DNA of 64,000 bases from an uncultured delta proteobacterium (GTDB lineage Bacteria; Myxococcota_A; UBA9160; UBA4427): the NCBI GenBank assembly GCA_963822965.1, contig CAWGJT010000005.1, positions 640,001 to 704,000 of the forward strand, in the 5' to 3' direction. How positions within the stretch are numbered: position 1 is the stretch's first letter; every line of letters begins with the position of its first letter. The notes under the pieces are model-generated. The model had not been told where the DNA came from. It did no database searches and saw only the letters and a program-made list of their open reading frames with translations. A program made the translations under genes and the position numbers. Below are positions 38,323 to 49,377 of this stretch, in pieces.

Positions 38323-39275
38323 GGGACCAACCCGATCTCGCGCAGCCGGAGAGCGAGGAAGTCGCCGGCGGTGATCGGCGGATACCGGGCCGGGCGCTCC
38401 GGTCCGGCGAAGCGCGGAAGCACGCTGAGATCGCATTCGGGACGGGGATGCGAGAAGAAGGGCAGCGAATAGCGGTGTCCCTCGGCGGCGCCCTTCGGAT
38501 TCACCACCCGGTGGGTGGTCGAGGGCACCACGTCGTTGGTGAGGCGCGACAGCATGTCGCCCGAGTCGACCACGATGTGCCCGGGCGGAACGTCCACGGA
38601 CAGCCAGCGCTCGCGAGCGCCGGGGAGGCGGATCTCGAGACCGGCGTCGGTCGCCTCGCACAGCAGGGTGATCAGGTTGATGTCCTCGTGGGCGGCGGCG
38701 CGGACGGCGCCCGGCGGGACGTCCGGCGGAACCGGAGGATAGTGGAGGGCGCGCAGGATGCTGTTCCCGCCGACGGTCATCGAGCACAAGGCGTCCAGCA
38801 GCAGCTCGAAAGCCAGCGCCAGCGCCTCGAGGATCGAGGTCGCGCAGTCCTCGAGCGCCCGGAAGAGCCGCACGCCGTCGGCGCGCAGCGCGGCCGGCTC
38901 TTCCGGCCAGACGTTCTCCGGATACGCGTCGCGGTCCGCGCCCGCGGACACGGCGTCCGCCTCCTGACCGATGTGGAAGAACTCCTTGAGATCGGGGGCG
39001 GCGTGATCCCGGGCGTGCTCGACGCCGAAGGGCGTGAAGCCCCGCTGTCCACCCGCGACGCCGGAGCAGGCCGCCTTACCGCGTTCGTCCCCGGCGAAGA
39101 AGCGCTCGAAGTGGGCGTAGACCCGCCGGATCAGCCGGGGGTCGACGCCATGGCGCACGACGCGCACGAAGCCCAGCTCGCACAGGCCGTCGCGCAGGGC
39201 CTGCTGGCAACCCCGCCTTCGCGAGCCGCTGCCCTCGCGATGTGCCGACAGGTCGATGACGGGAATCCCGTCCAT
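38319..39275 (-). CDS. 2-oxoglutarate/Fe(II) oxygenase, isopenicillin N synthase family
   Basis: IPVIDLS, DLKEF, LRALHYPP, AAHEDINLITLL, STTHRV, RYSLPFF. Confidence 0.93.
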   Translation of the reverse strand: MDGIPVIDLSAHREGSGSRRRGCQQALRDGLCELGFVRVVRHGVDPRLIRRVYAHFERFFAGDERGKAACSGVAGGQRGFTPFGVEHARDHAAPDLKEFFHIGQEADAVSAGADRDAYPENVWPEEPAALRADGVRLFRALEDCATSILEALALAFELLLDALCSMTVGGNSILRALHYPPVPPDVPPGAVRAAAHEDINLITLLCEATDAGLEIRLPGARERWLSVDVPPGHIVVDSGDMLSRLTNDVVPSTTHRVVNPKGAAEGHRYSLPFFSHPRPECDLSVLPRFAGPERPARYPPITAGDFLALRLREIGLVP

Positions 39276-39359
39276 GCCGTTCCGCCTCCAGACGAACGCG
39301 TATAATACGGCGACCCCGGGCTTCCGACCCGAGGAGGGGCGATTGGTGACGGAGTGGCG

Positions 39360-41186
39360 ATGGGGTTCCTGACGACGCTGCGCCGGGACACCAACTACCT
39401 GGGAATGGGCGCCCGCATCGCCTGGCGCATGCGAAGGCTCCGCCCCGACGGCACCTTCACCGCCGCCGACCTCGTCGAGCAATGGGCGCAGCGGACCCCC
39501 GGAGCCGTCGCCGTCCGCTTCGAAGGCCGCGACCTGAGCTACGCGGAGCTCGACGCCGCCGCCAATCGCTACGCGGGCTGGGCCCACGCGGCCGGGATCT
39601 CCCGCGGCGACGCCGTCGCCCTGCTGATGGAGAACCGTCCCGAGTTCCTCGCCTGCTGGCTCGGTCTCGCGAAGATCGGGGCCGTGGGGGCGCTCATCAA
39701 CACGAACCTCACCGGCGCGTCCCTGGCGCACTGCCTGCGGGTGTCCGGGGCACGCCATCTGGTGCTCGGCGCGGAGCTGTGCGACGCCTGGACGAGCGCG
39801 CGCGACCAGCTGGAGAGCCCCCCGCGCGTGTGGCTCACCCGCGAGGGCGCCTCCGCCACCTCGGAGGCCCGAACGCCCGAGCCTGGCTGGCAGGACCTCG
39901 ACGCGCACCTGGCCGAGGCGTCTCCGCAGGGCGACCGATCCCTGCGCGCGGGCCTCACCGCGCGGGACAAGCTCTTCTACATCTACACCAGCGGCACCAC
40001 CGGAAATCCGAAGGCGGCGAACATCAGCCACTTCCGCTTCCTGTACGTGGCCTCCGCGTTCTCGGGCATCTGCGCCGCACGGCCCGAGGACCGCATGTAC
40101 GTGGTGCTGCCCCTCTACCACACGGCCGGCGGCGTGGTGGCCGTGGGACTCACCTTCGTCGCGGGGGGCACCGTCGTGCTGCGGCGACGGTTCTCCGCCA
40201 GCCAGTTCTGGACGGACTGCCGCCGCGAGCAGGTCACCCTGTTCCAGTACATCGGCGAGCTGTGCCGCTACCTGGTGAACTCGCCGGAAGGACCCGACGA
40301 GCGCAGCCATCACCTGCGGCTCTGTCTCGGCAACGGCCTGCGGCCGGACATCTGGGAGACCTTCCAGCAGCGCTTCGCGATCCCGCAGATCATCGAGTTC
40401 TACGGCGCCACCGAGGGCAACGTCGCCCTCTTCAACCCCGACGGGAAGGTGGGCGCCATCGGGCGCGTCCCGCCGCTGCTCAAGAACGTGATGAAGATGA
40501 AGCTCGTGCGCTTCGACGACGAGCGCGAGGAGCCCACCCGCGGCCCGGACGGCTTCTGCATCGAGTCGGCGCCCGGCGAGCCCGGGGAAGCCATCGGCTT
40601 GATCCCCCGAAACCCCCACACACCCCTGGGACAGTTCGAGGGCTACACCGACGAGCGGGCGACGGAGAAGAAGATTCTGCACGACGTCTTCGAGAAGGGC
40701 GACGCCTGGTTCCGGACGGGCGACCTGATGCGCTGCGACGAGGAGGGCTACTACTACTTCGTCGACCGCATCGGCGACACCTTCCGCTGGAAGGGCGAGA
40801 ACGTCTCCACCAGCGAGGTGGCTGCGGCTCTCGGCCGCGTGCCGGGCGTCCGGGAAGCCAACGTCTACGGCGTGACCGTGCCCGGCGCGGACGGCCGCGC
40901 GGGGATGGCCTCGCTCGTGGTCGACGGGGACTTCGACCTGCACAGCCTGCACGCGGGCGTCCGGCGGGAGCTTGCGGTCTACGCGCGCCCGCTCTTCATC
41001 CGGCTGCAGAGCGAGATGCAGGTCACGGGCACCTTCAAGCACCGCAAGGTCGACCTCGTCGCCGAGGGCTTCGACCCGGCTCGCATCTCCGATCGGCTCT
41101 ACTTCGACGACCCGGAGAAGGATGCCTTCGTCCCCCTGGACGGCTCGGTGTACGAGCGCATCACGGCCGGGCAGGTGCGGCTCTGA
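39360..41186 (+). CDS. Long-chain acyl-CoA synthetase, FATP/FadD6-like
   Basis: YIYTSGTTGNPKAA, FQYIGELCRYL, EFYGATEGN, WFRTGDL, DRIGDTFRWKGENVST; TATAAT at 39301. Confidence 0.93.
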   Translation: MGFLTTLRRDTNYLGMGARIAWRMRRLRPDGTFTAADLVEQWAQRTPGAVAVRFEGRDLSYAELDAAANRYAGWAHAAGISRGDAVALLMENRPEFLACWLGLAKIGAVGALINTNLTGASLAHCLRVSGARHLVLGAELCDAWTSARDQLESPPRVWLTREGASATSEARTPEPGWQDLDAHLAEASPQGDRSLRAGLTARDKLFYIYTSGTTGNPKAANISHFRFLYVASAFSGICAARPEDRMYVVLPLYHTAGGVVAVGLTFVAGGTVVLRRRFSASQFWTDCRREQVTLFQYIGELCRYLVNSPEGPDERSHHLRLCLGNGLRPDIWETFQQRFAIPQIIEFYGATEGNVALFNPDGKVGAIGRVPPLLKNVMKMKLVRFDDEREEPTRGPDGFCIESAPGEPGEAIGLIPRNPHTPLGQFEGYTDERATEKKILHDVFEKGDAWFRTGDLMRCDEEGYYYFVDRIGDTFRWKGENVSTSEVAAALGRVPGVREANVYGVTVPGADGRAGMASLVVDGDFDLHSLHAGVRRELAVYARPLFIRLQSEMQVTGTFKHRKVDLVAEGFDPARISDRLYFDDPEKDAFVPLDGSVYERITAGQVRL

Positions 41187-42595
41187 GCGCGGCGGAGACG
41201 GACAGAGCCGCGTCGATCCGGCCGAGCGCCCGGGGCCTGGCGCTCGTCGTCGCCCTGGGCGCCGTGCACGGGGGATGGGCACTGTTCCAGTGGACCCAGC
41301 TCGTGGCGGCGCGCAGCGGAGGCGAGCCCTTCTGCGGGCTCGGCGACGGCGCGACCTGCACCGAGATCTGGGACTCCTCCTTCGCCGGCGCCGTCCAGGC
41401 CTGGACGGGCGTTCCGATCGCCGGCTGGGGACTCGTCTGGAGCCTGGCGGCCTTCGCGCTGCCGCTGCTGGCCCTGACGGACCGCGCGTCGCCGGGGGAG
41501 CCGGGCTCCACCCGGGCCGCCATGGGCTCCGCGTGGGCGGCCACCCTGTGGATGGCGATCGGGGGCCTGGCGGCGGTCGCGCTCCTCTCCACGGTCTCCG
41601 TGATCTCGGGCGGCCTCTGCACCACCTGCGTCGTCACCTACACGCTCGTCGCCAGCTACGCGGCCACCTGCTTCGTGCAGACGCCGCCGCGGACCGTGGC
41701 CCTCGGCAAGGGACTCTCGCTGGCGGCCGGCGCCCTGGCGGTGGCGTTCGTGCTGCTCTTCGTCCCGGGGCTGCGCACGCCCATGAGCCAGAGCGCCGAG
41801 GGGCGGGAGGCGCTGGCGCGCGCCGGCAGCGCGCCCGTCGCGCCCTCGTCCTCCGAAGCCGAGACGCCGGAGGACCCCGCCCGGGCGGCGATCGCGAAGC
41901 TCCTCGGCGAGCTGCCGACGCGCATGCTGCAGGTGATGAGCGACGAGCTGCACCGCTATGCGACGGCGTCGCCGGTTCCCCTGCGTCCGCCGCGGGCGCT
42001 GGTGGGCTCCCCCGACGCACCCGTGCGCTTCACCACCTTCACGGACGTGCTGTGCAGCCACTGCGCGAACCTGCACGACACGCTCGAGCAGCTGCGGACC
42101 GCGCTTCCCGAGGGCGCCTTCAGCCTGGAGTCGCGCCATTTCCCCCTGGACCCCGGCTGCAACCCGAGCCTGCACGGGGAGTCGAGGGCGCCGGTTCGCT
42201 GCCTGGCGGCGCGGGCGGAGATCTGCGCCGAGGGCCGACCGGGCGCCTTCGAGCTCGCCGGACGGCTCTACGTGAACCAGCGCAGCCTGGACGAGGAGGG
42301 CGTCTACACGCTCGCGGAGCCGATCCTCTCACGCCCGGAGCTGCGGGCCTGCGTCGCCGACCCGAAGACCGACGCCAGGCTTCGGGACGACATCGCCTGG
42401 GCGACCGAGCACCACATCCACGGAACGCCCCTGGTGCTGCTGAACGGGCGACCGGTGGCCTCCTTCGGCCCGCTCCTCTACGCGCTGGTGCTGACGAAGG
42501 GCGACCCGGACGATCCGGCCTTCGCACGGCTTCCGCCTCCGCAGGTCGAGGCTACCGACGACGAACACGGGCACCCGCCCGGCGGGTCTCAATAG
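41183..42595 (+). CDS. VKOR domain fused to a DsbA/thioredoxin domain (start uncertain, possibly CTG 41183)
   Basis: FC..C..IWDS loop cysteines, membrane CTTC, then FTDVLCSHC, HFPLD..CN, GTP. Confidence 0.85.
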   Translation: MSAAETDRAASIRPSARGLALVVALGAVHGGWALFQWTQLVAARSGGEPFCGLGDGATCTEIWDSSFAGAVQAWTGVPIAGWGLVWSLAAFALPLLALTDRASPGEPGSTRAAMGSAWAATLWMAIGGLAAVALLSTVSVISGGLCTTCVVTYTLVASYAATCFVQTPPRTVALGKGLSLAAGALAVAFVLLFVPGLRTPMSQSAEGREALARAGSAPVAPSSSEAETPEDPARAAIAKLLGELPTRMLQVMSDELHRYATASPVPLRPPRALVGSPDAPVRFTTFTDVLCSHCANLHDTLEQLRTALPEGAFSLESRHFPLDPGCNPSLHGESRAPVRCLAARAEICAEGRPGAFELAGRLYVNQRSLDEEGVYTLAEPILSRPELRACVADPKTDARLRDDIAWATEHHIHGTPLVLLNGRPVASFGPLLYALVLTKGDPDDPAFARLPPPQVEATDDEHGHPPGGSQ

Positions 42596-43404
42596 GGCCG
42601 GCCGGGTCGCACGGAGCGCGTGGGGCCGAGACCGAGGCCCAGGGGACCGCGAGGCACGTAGAAGCGGTACTCCTCGCCGTCCCGCAGCACGTCCACCGCG
42701 ACGGTCTCCCCGGCCTGTCCCGTGGTGGTGGACCGCTGCAGGCCCGCGACGTCGAAGATGCGGCGATCGTCGTAGCGGAGGAACACGTCCCCCCTCTCGA
42801 TCCCTGCGTCCTGGGACACCGAGCCCTGCATCACGCGGCTCACCACGACACGATTGTCGCGACCCGACGCGTAGAGCACCCAGTCCCACACGTCGTCGCC
42901 GAGATCCTCGCGCAGCGCCTCATAGCGCCGGTCGAGCTCCTGCATCCGGAGCCGGAAGCGCGGCCGGCCGAGCCAGCCCTCCCGGGTCGCCTGGTCGCGC
43001 ACGTAGAGCCGTTCGAGCTCGATCTCCTCGAGGCGCGTGCGCAGCAGCTCGAGGTCCGCGGGCGAGATGCCCGCCTCGCGCAGCACCGCCTCGTCCGGCC
43101 AGCCGTCCTTGGACGGCGCCGGCTTCCCGGGCTCGGAGGCGGTCGCCGGAGCGCCGTCGCCGGGCGGCGCGTTGCCCTGCCGGACCGCGAGCCGGGATTC
43201 CAGGGCGACGCGACGCGAACGCTCCTCGGCCAGCTGCTCGCGCAACCGTGCCACCGTATCCTTCCCGTCCTGGGCTTCGGAGACGGGCGCCGGCGCGCGC
43301 GCGGGCTCCCGGGACGGGACGTCGCCGCTCCCCCCGCCCCGAAGCAGCAACCCCGCCAGCAGGCCGACCGCCAGGCCCGACGCCAGCTCCCAGCCGCGCA
43401 CCAC
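42589..43404 (-). CDS. Membrane-anchored coiled-coil protein with a C-terminal PDZ domain
   Basis: N-terminal TM helix; VVVSRVMQGS....AGIERGD...YD...I...V.V.VLRDG PDZ pattern. Confidence 0.8.
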   Translation of the reverse strand: MVRGWELASGLAVGLLAGLLLRGGGSGDVPSREPARAPAPVSEAQDGKDTVARLREQLAEERSRRVALESRLAVRQGNAPPGDGAPATASEPGKPAPSKDGWPDEAVLREAGISPADLELLRTRLEEIELERLYVRDQATREGWLGRPRFRLRMQELDRRYEALREDLGDDVWDWVLYASGRDNRVVVSRVMQGSVSQDAGIERGDVFLRYDDRRIFDVAGLQRSTTTGQAGETVAVDVLRDGEEYRFYVPRGPLGLGLGPTRSVRPGRPY

Positions 43405-46400
43405 TCAGCGCGAAGCCGGCGCATCGCTCTGCACCGGCGAGGCGCCGAAGATCCGCCGGAAGCCCCGTTTCACGAGGTCGGCGAGGTCGTCGAACACCAG
43501 ATAGAAGACCGGAACCACCAGCAGCGTCAGCACCGTCGACGAGAACATGCCCGCCGCGGTGGCGATCGCCATCGGCGCGCGGGTCTCGGCGCCCGGCCCG
43601 ATGCCGAGCGCCGCGGGCAGCACGCCGAAGATCATCGAGATCGCGGTCATCAGCACGGGACGCATCCGGACCGGCGCCGCGCGCTCCATCGCTTCGACCT
43701 TGTCGAGACCTTCGCGTCGCAGCTGGTTGGCGTAGTCGACGAGCAGGATCGAGTTCTTGGTCACGAGCCCGAAGAGCAGGATGATTCCGATCATGGAGAA
43801 GAGGTTGAGGGTGTTGCCGGTGGCGAGCAGGCCGCCGAGGGCGCCCACCATGGCCAGCGGCAGGGCCAGCATCACCGTGAGGGGATGCACCAGGCTCTCG
43901 AACTGCGCCGCCAGCACCATGTAGATGACGAGGATGGCGAGCGCCATCGCGAGCGACGAACTGCTGGCCGCCCTCGCGCATGGCCTCCGCCTGCCCCGCC
44001 AGCCCGAGGGAGGCGCCCTCGGGCAGGATCTCGTCGGCGATACGCTGGGCCTCGGCGATCGCCTCGCCGAGCTTCCGGCCTCCGTCCAGGCTGCCCGAGA
44101 CGGAGACGCTCCGCTGGCGGTTCGCGCGCGTGATCTGCGACGGGGCGGCGGCGGTCTTCACGTCGACGACGTTGCGCAGCTCGATGGGCTCGCCGTTCGC
44201 TGCCGCGAACGTAGAGCTGCCCGATGGCGCTCGGGTCCCGGCGGAACTCCTCCTCGAGGCGCACCCGGATGTCGTAGCGCCGTCCGGCCTCCTTGAAGAC
44301 GCCCACGTCCATCCCGCCCAGCATCACCTGGACCGTCGATGCGATGTCCCGCGCAGAGAGGCCCAGGGCGGCGGCCTTCTCGCGGTCGGGCTCCACCCGC
44401 AGCTCGGGCATGCCCAGCTTCAGGCTCTTGTCGAGGTCGACGAAGCCACCCGCCGCCTTCAGCCCCTCGATCATCTCGTCGGCCAGTCGGTCGAGCTCGT
44501 CGAGCGGGAAGGTGCCCGCGAATCTGCACCTCGAAGGCACCCGACTTGCCCGTGGACATCATCTCGCCCGGTTCGAAGATGCGGATGACGCGGCCGGGAA
44601 TGCGGGACAGCTCCCGCCGCGCGGACGAGATGATGTCGAAGACGCTTCGGTCGCGTTCGTCGCGAGGCGACCAGCGTGCCGAAGATCATGGCCTTGTGGG
44701 TCTCGTTGGTCCTCGAGTATCCGCCTTCGGTGCCTGCCGCCGAGAAGATGCCCGCGACCTCGGGCTGCGCGAGGAACCACTGCTCGTCGTGGGCGAGGTA
44801 GGCGGTGGTCGCTTCGAGGGAGGTCCCCGGCGCGGCCTCGATCTTGGCGAAGAAGATGCCCTGGTCGGAGGGCGGGAAGAACTCGGTGTCGAGACGGGAG
44901 CCGAAGAGCACGATCAGGCCGAGTGACGCCAGGGCGGCGAGCGCGGTCCTCGTGCGGTGGTGGAGGGTCCAGTGCAGGGCGCGCGCGTAGCCGCTTCTCG
45001 AGCGCCCCGAAGCCGCGCTCGAGCCGGTGGTAGATGCTGCCGTGGCCGCGCTCCTTCGGCGGCGGGCATGCGCGCGGCGAGCATCGGCGTGAGCGTCAGC
45101 GCGACGAAGAGCGAGATCAGCACGGAGCCCGCCACCGTCAGCCCGAACTCGCCGAGGAAGCTTCCCACCAGCCCTTGCACGAAGACGACCGGCAGGAAGA
45201 CCGCGGCCACCGAGACCGTCGCCGCCGTGGCCGCGAAGGCGATCTCGCGGGTGCCCGGTGGCGGCGGCGGTCCGCGGGTCGGCGCCGCGCTCGCGGTGGC
45301 GCTCGATGTTCTCGAGCACCACGATCGCGTCGTCGATCACGACGCCCACCGCGAGGGTCATGCCCAGCAGGGTCATGGTGTTGAGGGTGAAGCCGAAGAC
45401 CCAGACCAGCCCGAAGGTCGCGATCAGCGAGATCGGGATCGCCGCCGCCACGATCATCGTCGGGCGGGTGCGGCGCAGGAACACGAAGACGGTGAGCACC
45501 GCGAGCAGCGCGCCGAAGATCAGGGCGAACTCGGTCTCCTGCGACCGCCTCGCGCACGCCCTTCGAGAAGTCGATGAAGCCCGCCGGGTCGTAGACGGTG
45601 ATGCCCGTCGGCAGGATCGCCTCGATGTCCCCGAGGCGCTTCATCACCTCGTCGACGATCGACGACGGTGTTGCCGCCGGACTGCTTGCGGATGCCCGAC
45701 GCCGACGGCTTCTTCGCCGTTGTAGTGCATGCTCGACCTCGAGGTCTTCCGCGCCGTCCTCGACCCGGGCGACGTCGCGCAGCAGCACCGGAGCGCCCTC
45801 GACGTCGGCGACCACCAGACCTTCGAGCTCGTCGACGGTCCGGAACTCGGCGTCGGTGCGCACCTGGTACTCGACGCGGCTCGCTCTGCGACGGCGCCGC
45901 CGGGCACCTCGACGTGCTCGCGCCGGATCGCGTCCAGCACGTCGCTCGCGCCGAGGCCCGCGCGCCCGCAGCTCGTCGCCGTCGAGCCAGATGCGGATGT
46001 TGCGATCGCGCCTGCCGAACATCGCGACGCCCGCCACCCCGGGAATCGTCTCGAGATAGGGGTTCATCTGGCGCTTCACGAACTCGCTCGTCTCGACGAG
46101 GCTCCGCTTCGAGTCGATGCGGGATCCACAGGACCGGCTGGTCGTTCGGATCGAACTTGCCGACGATGGGCGGCTCGAGCTCGAGCGGAAGCTCCATCGC
46201 GCGCTGCCGCGACCTTGTCGCGCACGTCCTGGATGGCGACGTCGAGATCCGTTCCGAGCTGGAACTCGACCCGGATCATCGAGGTACGCCTCGGTAGCTG
46301 GTCGACTCGATGCTGCGCACGCCCGCGATGGTGTTGAGGTGCTCTTCGAGGACGTCGGTGACGTCCTCCTCGATGCCCTCCGGGCTCGCTCCTTCGAGCA

Positions 46401-46548
46401 CCGCCGTCACCGAGAGCACCGGGAAGTCCATGTTGGGGAACTGGTCGACGCCCAGGCGTTGGAATCCGAGCACCCCGAACACGATGAGCGCGAGGATCAT
46501 CATCCACGTGAGGACCGGACGCTGGATAGAGACGTCGGAGAGGGTCAT
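43405..46548 (-). CDS. RND efflux transporter permease (AcrB/AcrD/AcrF family); many frameshifts between 43950 and 46300
   Basis: SIQRPV, DQFP.MDFP, IPISLIATF, GVVIDDAIVVLENI, AQFES..HP, GLVTKNSILLVD, RMRPVLMT. Confidence 0.9.
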
Positions 46549-47696
46549 CGCGCCGCCTGGACCTCCGTAGCCGCCGCCGCCGGGGCGGGGCGCTCGCCGT
46601 CCGCCGTGCGGACGTCCACGACCGAGCCGTCGATGAGCTCGGTCTGCCCGCGCACGACGACGACGTCCCCCGCGGCGAGCCCCCCGGTCACCTCGACCAG
46701 GCCGTCCCGATGGACGCCCGTCGTGACGCGTACCCGCTCGACCTCGTTGGCCCCCCGCATGCGGAACACGATCGTTCCGTCCGCGCGCACCATGATCGCG
46801 TCCTCGGGAATCATCACGACGTTCTCGCGGTGGCTCACGCCCAGGTCCGCACGGGCGAAGAGACCCGGCCGCAGTCGGCCCTCCTTGTTCTCCACCGTGG
46901 CCTTCACGCGCAGGGTGCGGGTCGTGGGGTCGATGGTCGGGGAGATGACGGTCACGGTGGCCGGAAAGACCTCGTCGGGGAACGGCGCCACGCGGACGTC
47001 CACGCGATCGCCCAGGGAGACGCGGCTCGAGTCCCGCTCGGCCAGGTGGAACTCGACCTCCATGTTCTCGAGCGCCACCAGGGAGAAGAGCGACACGCCC
47101 GGGGACACGAACTCCCCCTCGCTCACGTACCGGCGGCCGAGCCGGCCGGCGAACGGAGCCACCACGCTCGAGTCGGCCAACGCACGCTCGGCCAGGCCGA
47201 GCTGGGCCTCCGCCGCGGCCAGCCGCGACTGGGCCAGCTCGAGCTGGGTCCGCGCCTGGTCGAGGGCCGATTCCGAGGCGGCCCCGCGAGCGCGCAGGCT
47301 CTCCACCCGGCGGCCCTCGCGTTGACGGTCGGCGAGCTGCGCCCGCGCCTCCGCCACCCCGGCCCGCTGGCTCGCGACCTCGAGCCTGCGGCGCTCGGGG
47401 TCGATCTCCAGCACCACCTGGCCCGCCTCGACAGGCTCGCCTTCGTCCACCTGGATGCTGGTGACCTGGCCGGCGACCTGGGCGGCCACCGTCGCCTCGG
47501 ACCGGGCGAGCAGCTGCCCGGTGGCCTCGATCCGATCGCTCACGTCCTCGAGCTGCACCGGCACCACCATCACCGGCGGCGCCTGGATGGCGCTCTTGGG
47601 CTCCTCCCGGGTACAGCCGAGCCAAAGGGCCGCGACCGCCGCGAGACACGCCCCGAGCAGGCGGCCCCCCTTCTTCGGGAGCGACGAGTTCATCAT
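46545..47696 (-). CDS. RND periplasmic adaptor subunit (lipoprotein)
   Basis: LWLG-C lipobox; V.AQVAGQV, VDEGE.V.AGQ, APFAG, P.IDPTTRTL.V, LRPGLF. Confidence 0.92.
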   Translation of the reverse strand: MMNSSLPKKGGRLLGACLAAVAALWLGCTREEPKSAIQAPPVMVVPVQLEDVSDRIEATGQLLARSEATVAAQVAGQVTSIQVDEGEPVEAGQVVLEIDPERRRLEVASQRAGVAEARAQLADRQREGRRVESLRARGAASESALDQARTQLELAQSRLAAAEAQLGLAERALADSSVVAPFAGRLGRRYVSEGEFVSPGVSLFSLVALENMEVEFHLAERDSSRVSLGDRVDVRVAPFPDEVFPATVTVISPTIDPTTRTLRVKATVENKEGRLRPGLFARADLGVSHRENVVMIPEDAIMVRADGTIVFRMRGANEVERVRVTTGVHRDGLVEVTGGLAAGDVVVVRGQTELIDGSVVDVRTADGERPAPAAAATEVQAAR

Positions 47697-48307
47697 CTTG
47701 GCTTCGACTCCGGACGGACGAGGCCGTCGATCATGGCGCCGAGGGACCGCTCGACCAGCCCCTCGGACCAGTCGACGTCGGGACGGGTTCGTTGCAGCGA
47801 GACGAGGCCGTGGACCAGGGCCCAGAAGGCCTGCCGCACGGTCTCGACGTCGGCGTCGAGCCGGCACCGGGTCTCCAGCTCGGCGATGGGACGCTCGAGC
47901 ATCGCGCGAACCATCTCGCCGGTGGGATGGGGCTCGGCCTCCGGATCCCGCATCGCCGTCAGCAGCTGATAGTGGGTCGGGTTCTCGAGCCCCCAGCGGG
48001 CGAACGCCAGGAACAGCTCGCGCATGTTCTCCACCGGGTCGGGTCCGATCCGCACGGCGCGAACCTGGACGACCAGCTCGCTCATGCGGTGCTCGACCAG
48101 GGCGTCGAGCAGGCCCGGCTTGTCGCCGAAGTAGTGATAGATGGTCGGCGCCGTGTAGCCACAGCGGGCGGCGAGCTTCCGCATGGAGAACGACGCGTAG
48201 CCCCCCGAGACCAGGATCTCCTCGGCGGCGTCGAGGATCACCTGGCGGGCCTCCCGGCGCTGGCGCAGGCGTCGGGTGGAGGCGTCCGGAAGCGAGGCGG
48301 GGGGCAT
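47693..48307 (-). CDS. TetR family regulator (WHG-like C-terminal domain)
   Basis: ILDAA..G....SMRKLA..G.TAPTIYHYFGDK; WALVHG. Confidence 0.92.
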   Translation of the reverse strand: MPPASLPDASTRRLRQRREARQVILDAAEEILVSGGYASFSMRKLAARCGYTAPTIYHYFGDKPGLLDALVEHRMSELVVQVRAVRIGPDPVENMRELFLAFARWGLENPTHYQLLTAMRDPEAEPHPTGEMVRAMLERPIAELETRCRLDADVETVRQAFWALVHGLVSLQRTRPDVDWSEGLVERSLGAMIDGLVRPESKPR

Positions 48308-48471
48308 CGAGGAACGGCTTTTCGAAGGAGGGACCGGGCGAGACGAGGGGGATGACGGCTCGAACGACGTACAAGTTACCTAACGCTGTTCAAGATGCAC
48401 GAAACGGTCCCCACGCCCCCGAGACGGCCCTTTTCTCCCCTCGGGGAACACCAATCGGTTTCGGTCGGAGC

Positions 48472-49320
48472 TCAGGCCTCGCTGGGACGGCCGGGCTTCA
48501 CGGCCATGAAGAGGTAGCGGTTCACGCTGAAGAAGTACTCGCCGGCCTCGCCCAGGGCGCGCAGGTCCGCCGCCCAGGCCTCGGCGTCGGCCCGGGTGAG
48601 CCCCTGGCGCCCGGGCACGAAGGCCTGGATGCCCTCGAGGATCCCGGCGCTGTACGAGTTCGGGCTGTACTCCGGGTTGAACATGGGGTTCACGTCCCGG
48701 CGCACGATCTGGAAGCCCGCGCGCCGGAGCTTCTCCGTCAGTCGCGAGGGCAGATGCGGGTCGGCGAGATGCTCGTCCCAGGCGTCCAGCACCCGGCGCA
48801 TGCGAAGCCGGTCGCTGGTGTTCCAGACGATGCTGCCCCAGTCGGTGTCCACGATGAAGGCGCGACCGCCCGGACGCAGCACCCGGAACAGCTCGCGGAG
48901 GGCCAGGTCCACGTCCTGCACGTATTCGTAGACCTGGGTGGCGACCGCGGCGTCGAACACGCCGTCCTGGAACGGCAGCTCCGTGGCCTCGCCCACCTGC
49001 ATGTCGACCCACGCCTGGTCGCGGCAGCGCTCCCGGGACATGGCGACCATCGGCTCGCTCTGGTCGATCCCGGAGACCACCCCGGACGGCCCCACGATGG
49101 CGGCCATGTCCGTCGCCAGGAAGCCCGGCCCCGGGCCGACGTCGAGCACCACCTCGCCGGCGCGGAGCGCCATCGAGTGCAGCACCAGCGCCCGCTGTAG
49201 CGCGACCTCCGGCGCGGTGTACATCCGCTCCAGCATGCGGGCGGTGGCCTCGTTGAAGTCGATCCCCGTCGTCACCCGCTCACCGAGATCGAAGCCCAGG
49301 TCGTCCGTCGTCTGCCTCAT
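48472..49320 (-). CDS. Class I SAM-dependent methyltransferase (UbiE-like)
   Basis: VLDVGPGPG, GID.SEPM, LPFQDGVFD, RVLRPGG, DTDW. Confidence 0.9.
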   Translation of the reverse strand: MRQTTDDLGFDLGERVTTGIDFNEATARMLERMYTAPEVALQRALVLHSMALRAGEVVLDVGPGPGFLATDMAAIVGPSGVVSGIDQSEPMVAMSRERCRDQAWVDMQVGEATELPFQDGVFDAAVATQVYEYVQDVDLALRELFRVLRPGGRAFIVDTDWGSIVWNTSDRLRMRRVLDAWDEHLADPHLPSRLTEKLRRAGFQIVRRDVNPMFNPEYSPNSYSAGILEGIQAFVPGRQGLTRADAEAWAADLRALGEAGEYFFSVNRYLFMAVKPGRPSEA

Positions 49321-49377
49321 GACCGCCAAGCTTAGTTCCGGCGGTCGCCGCTCGCGAGCGTCGGTTATCCTGCGCGC

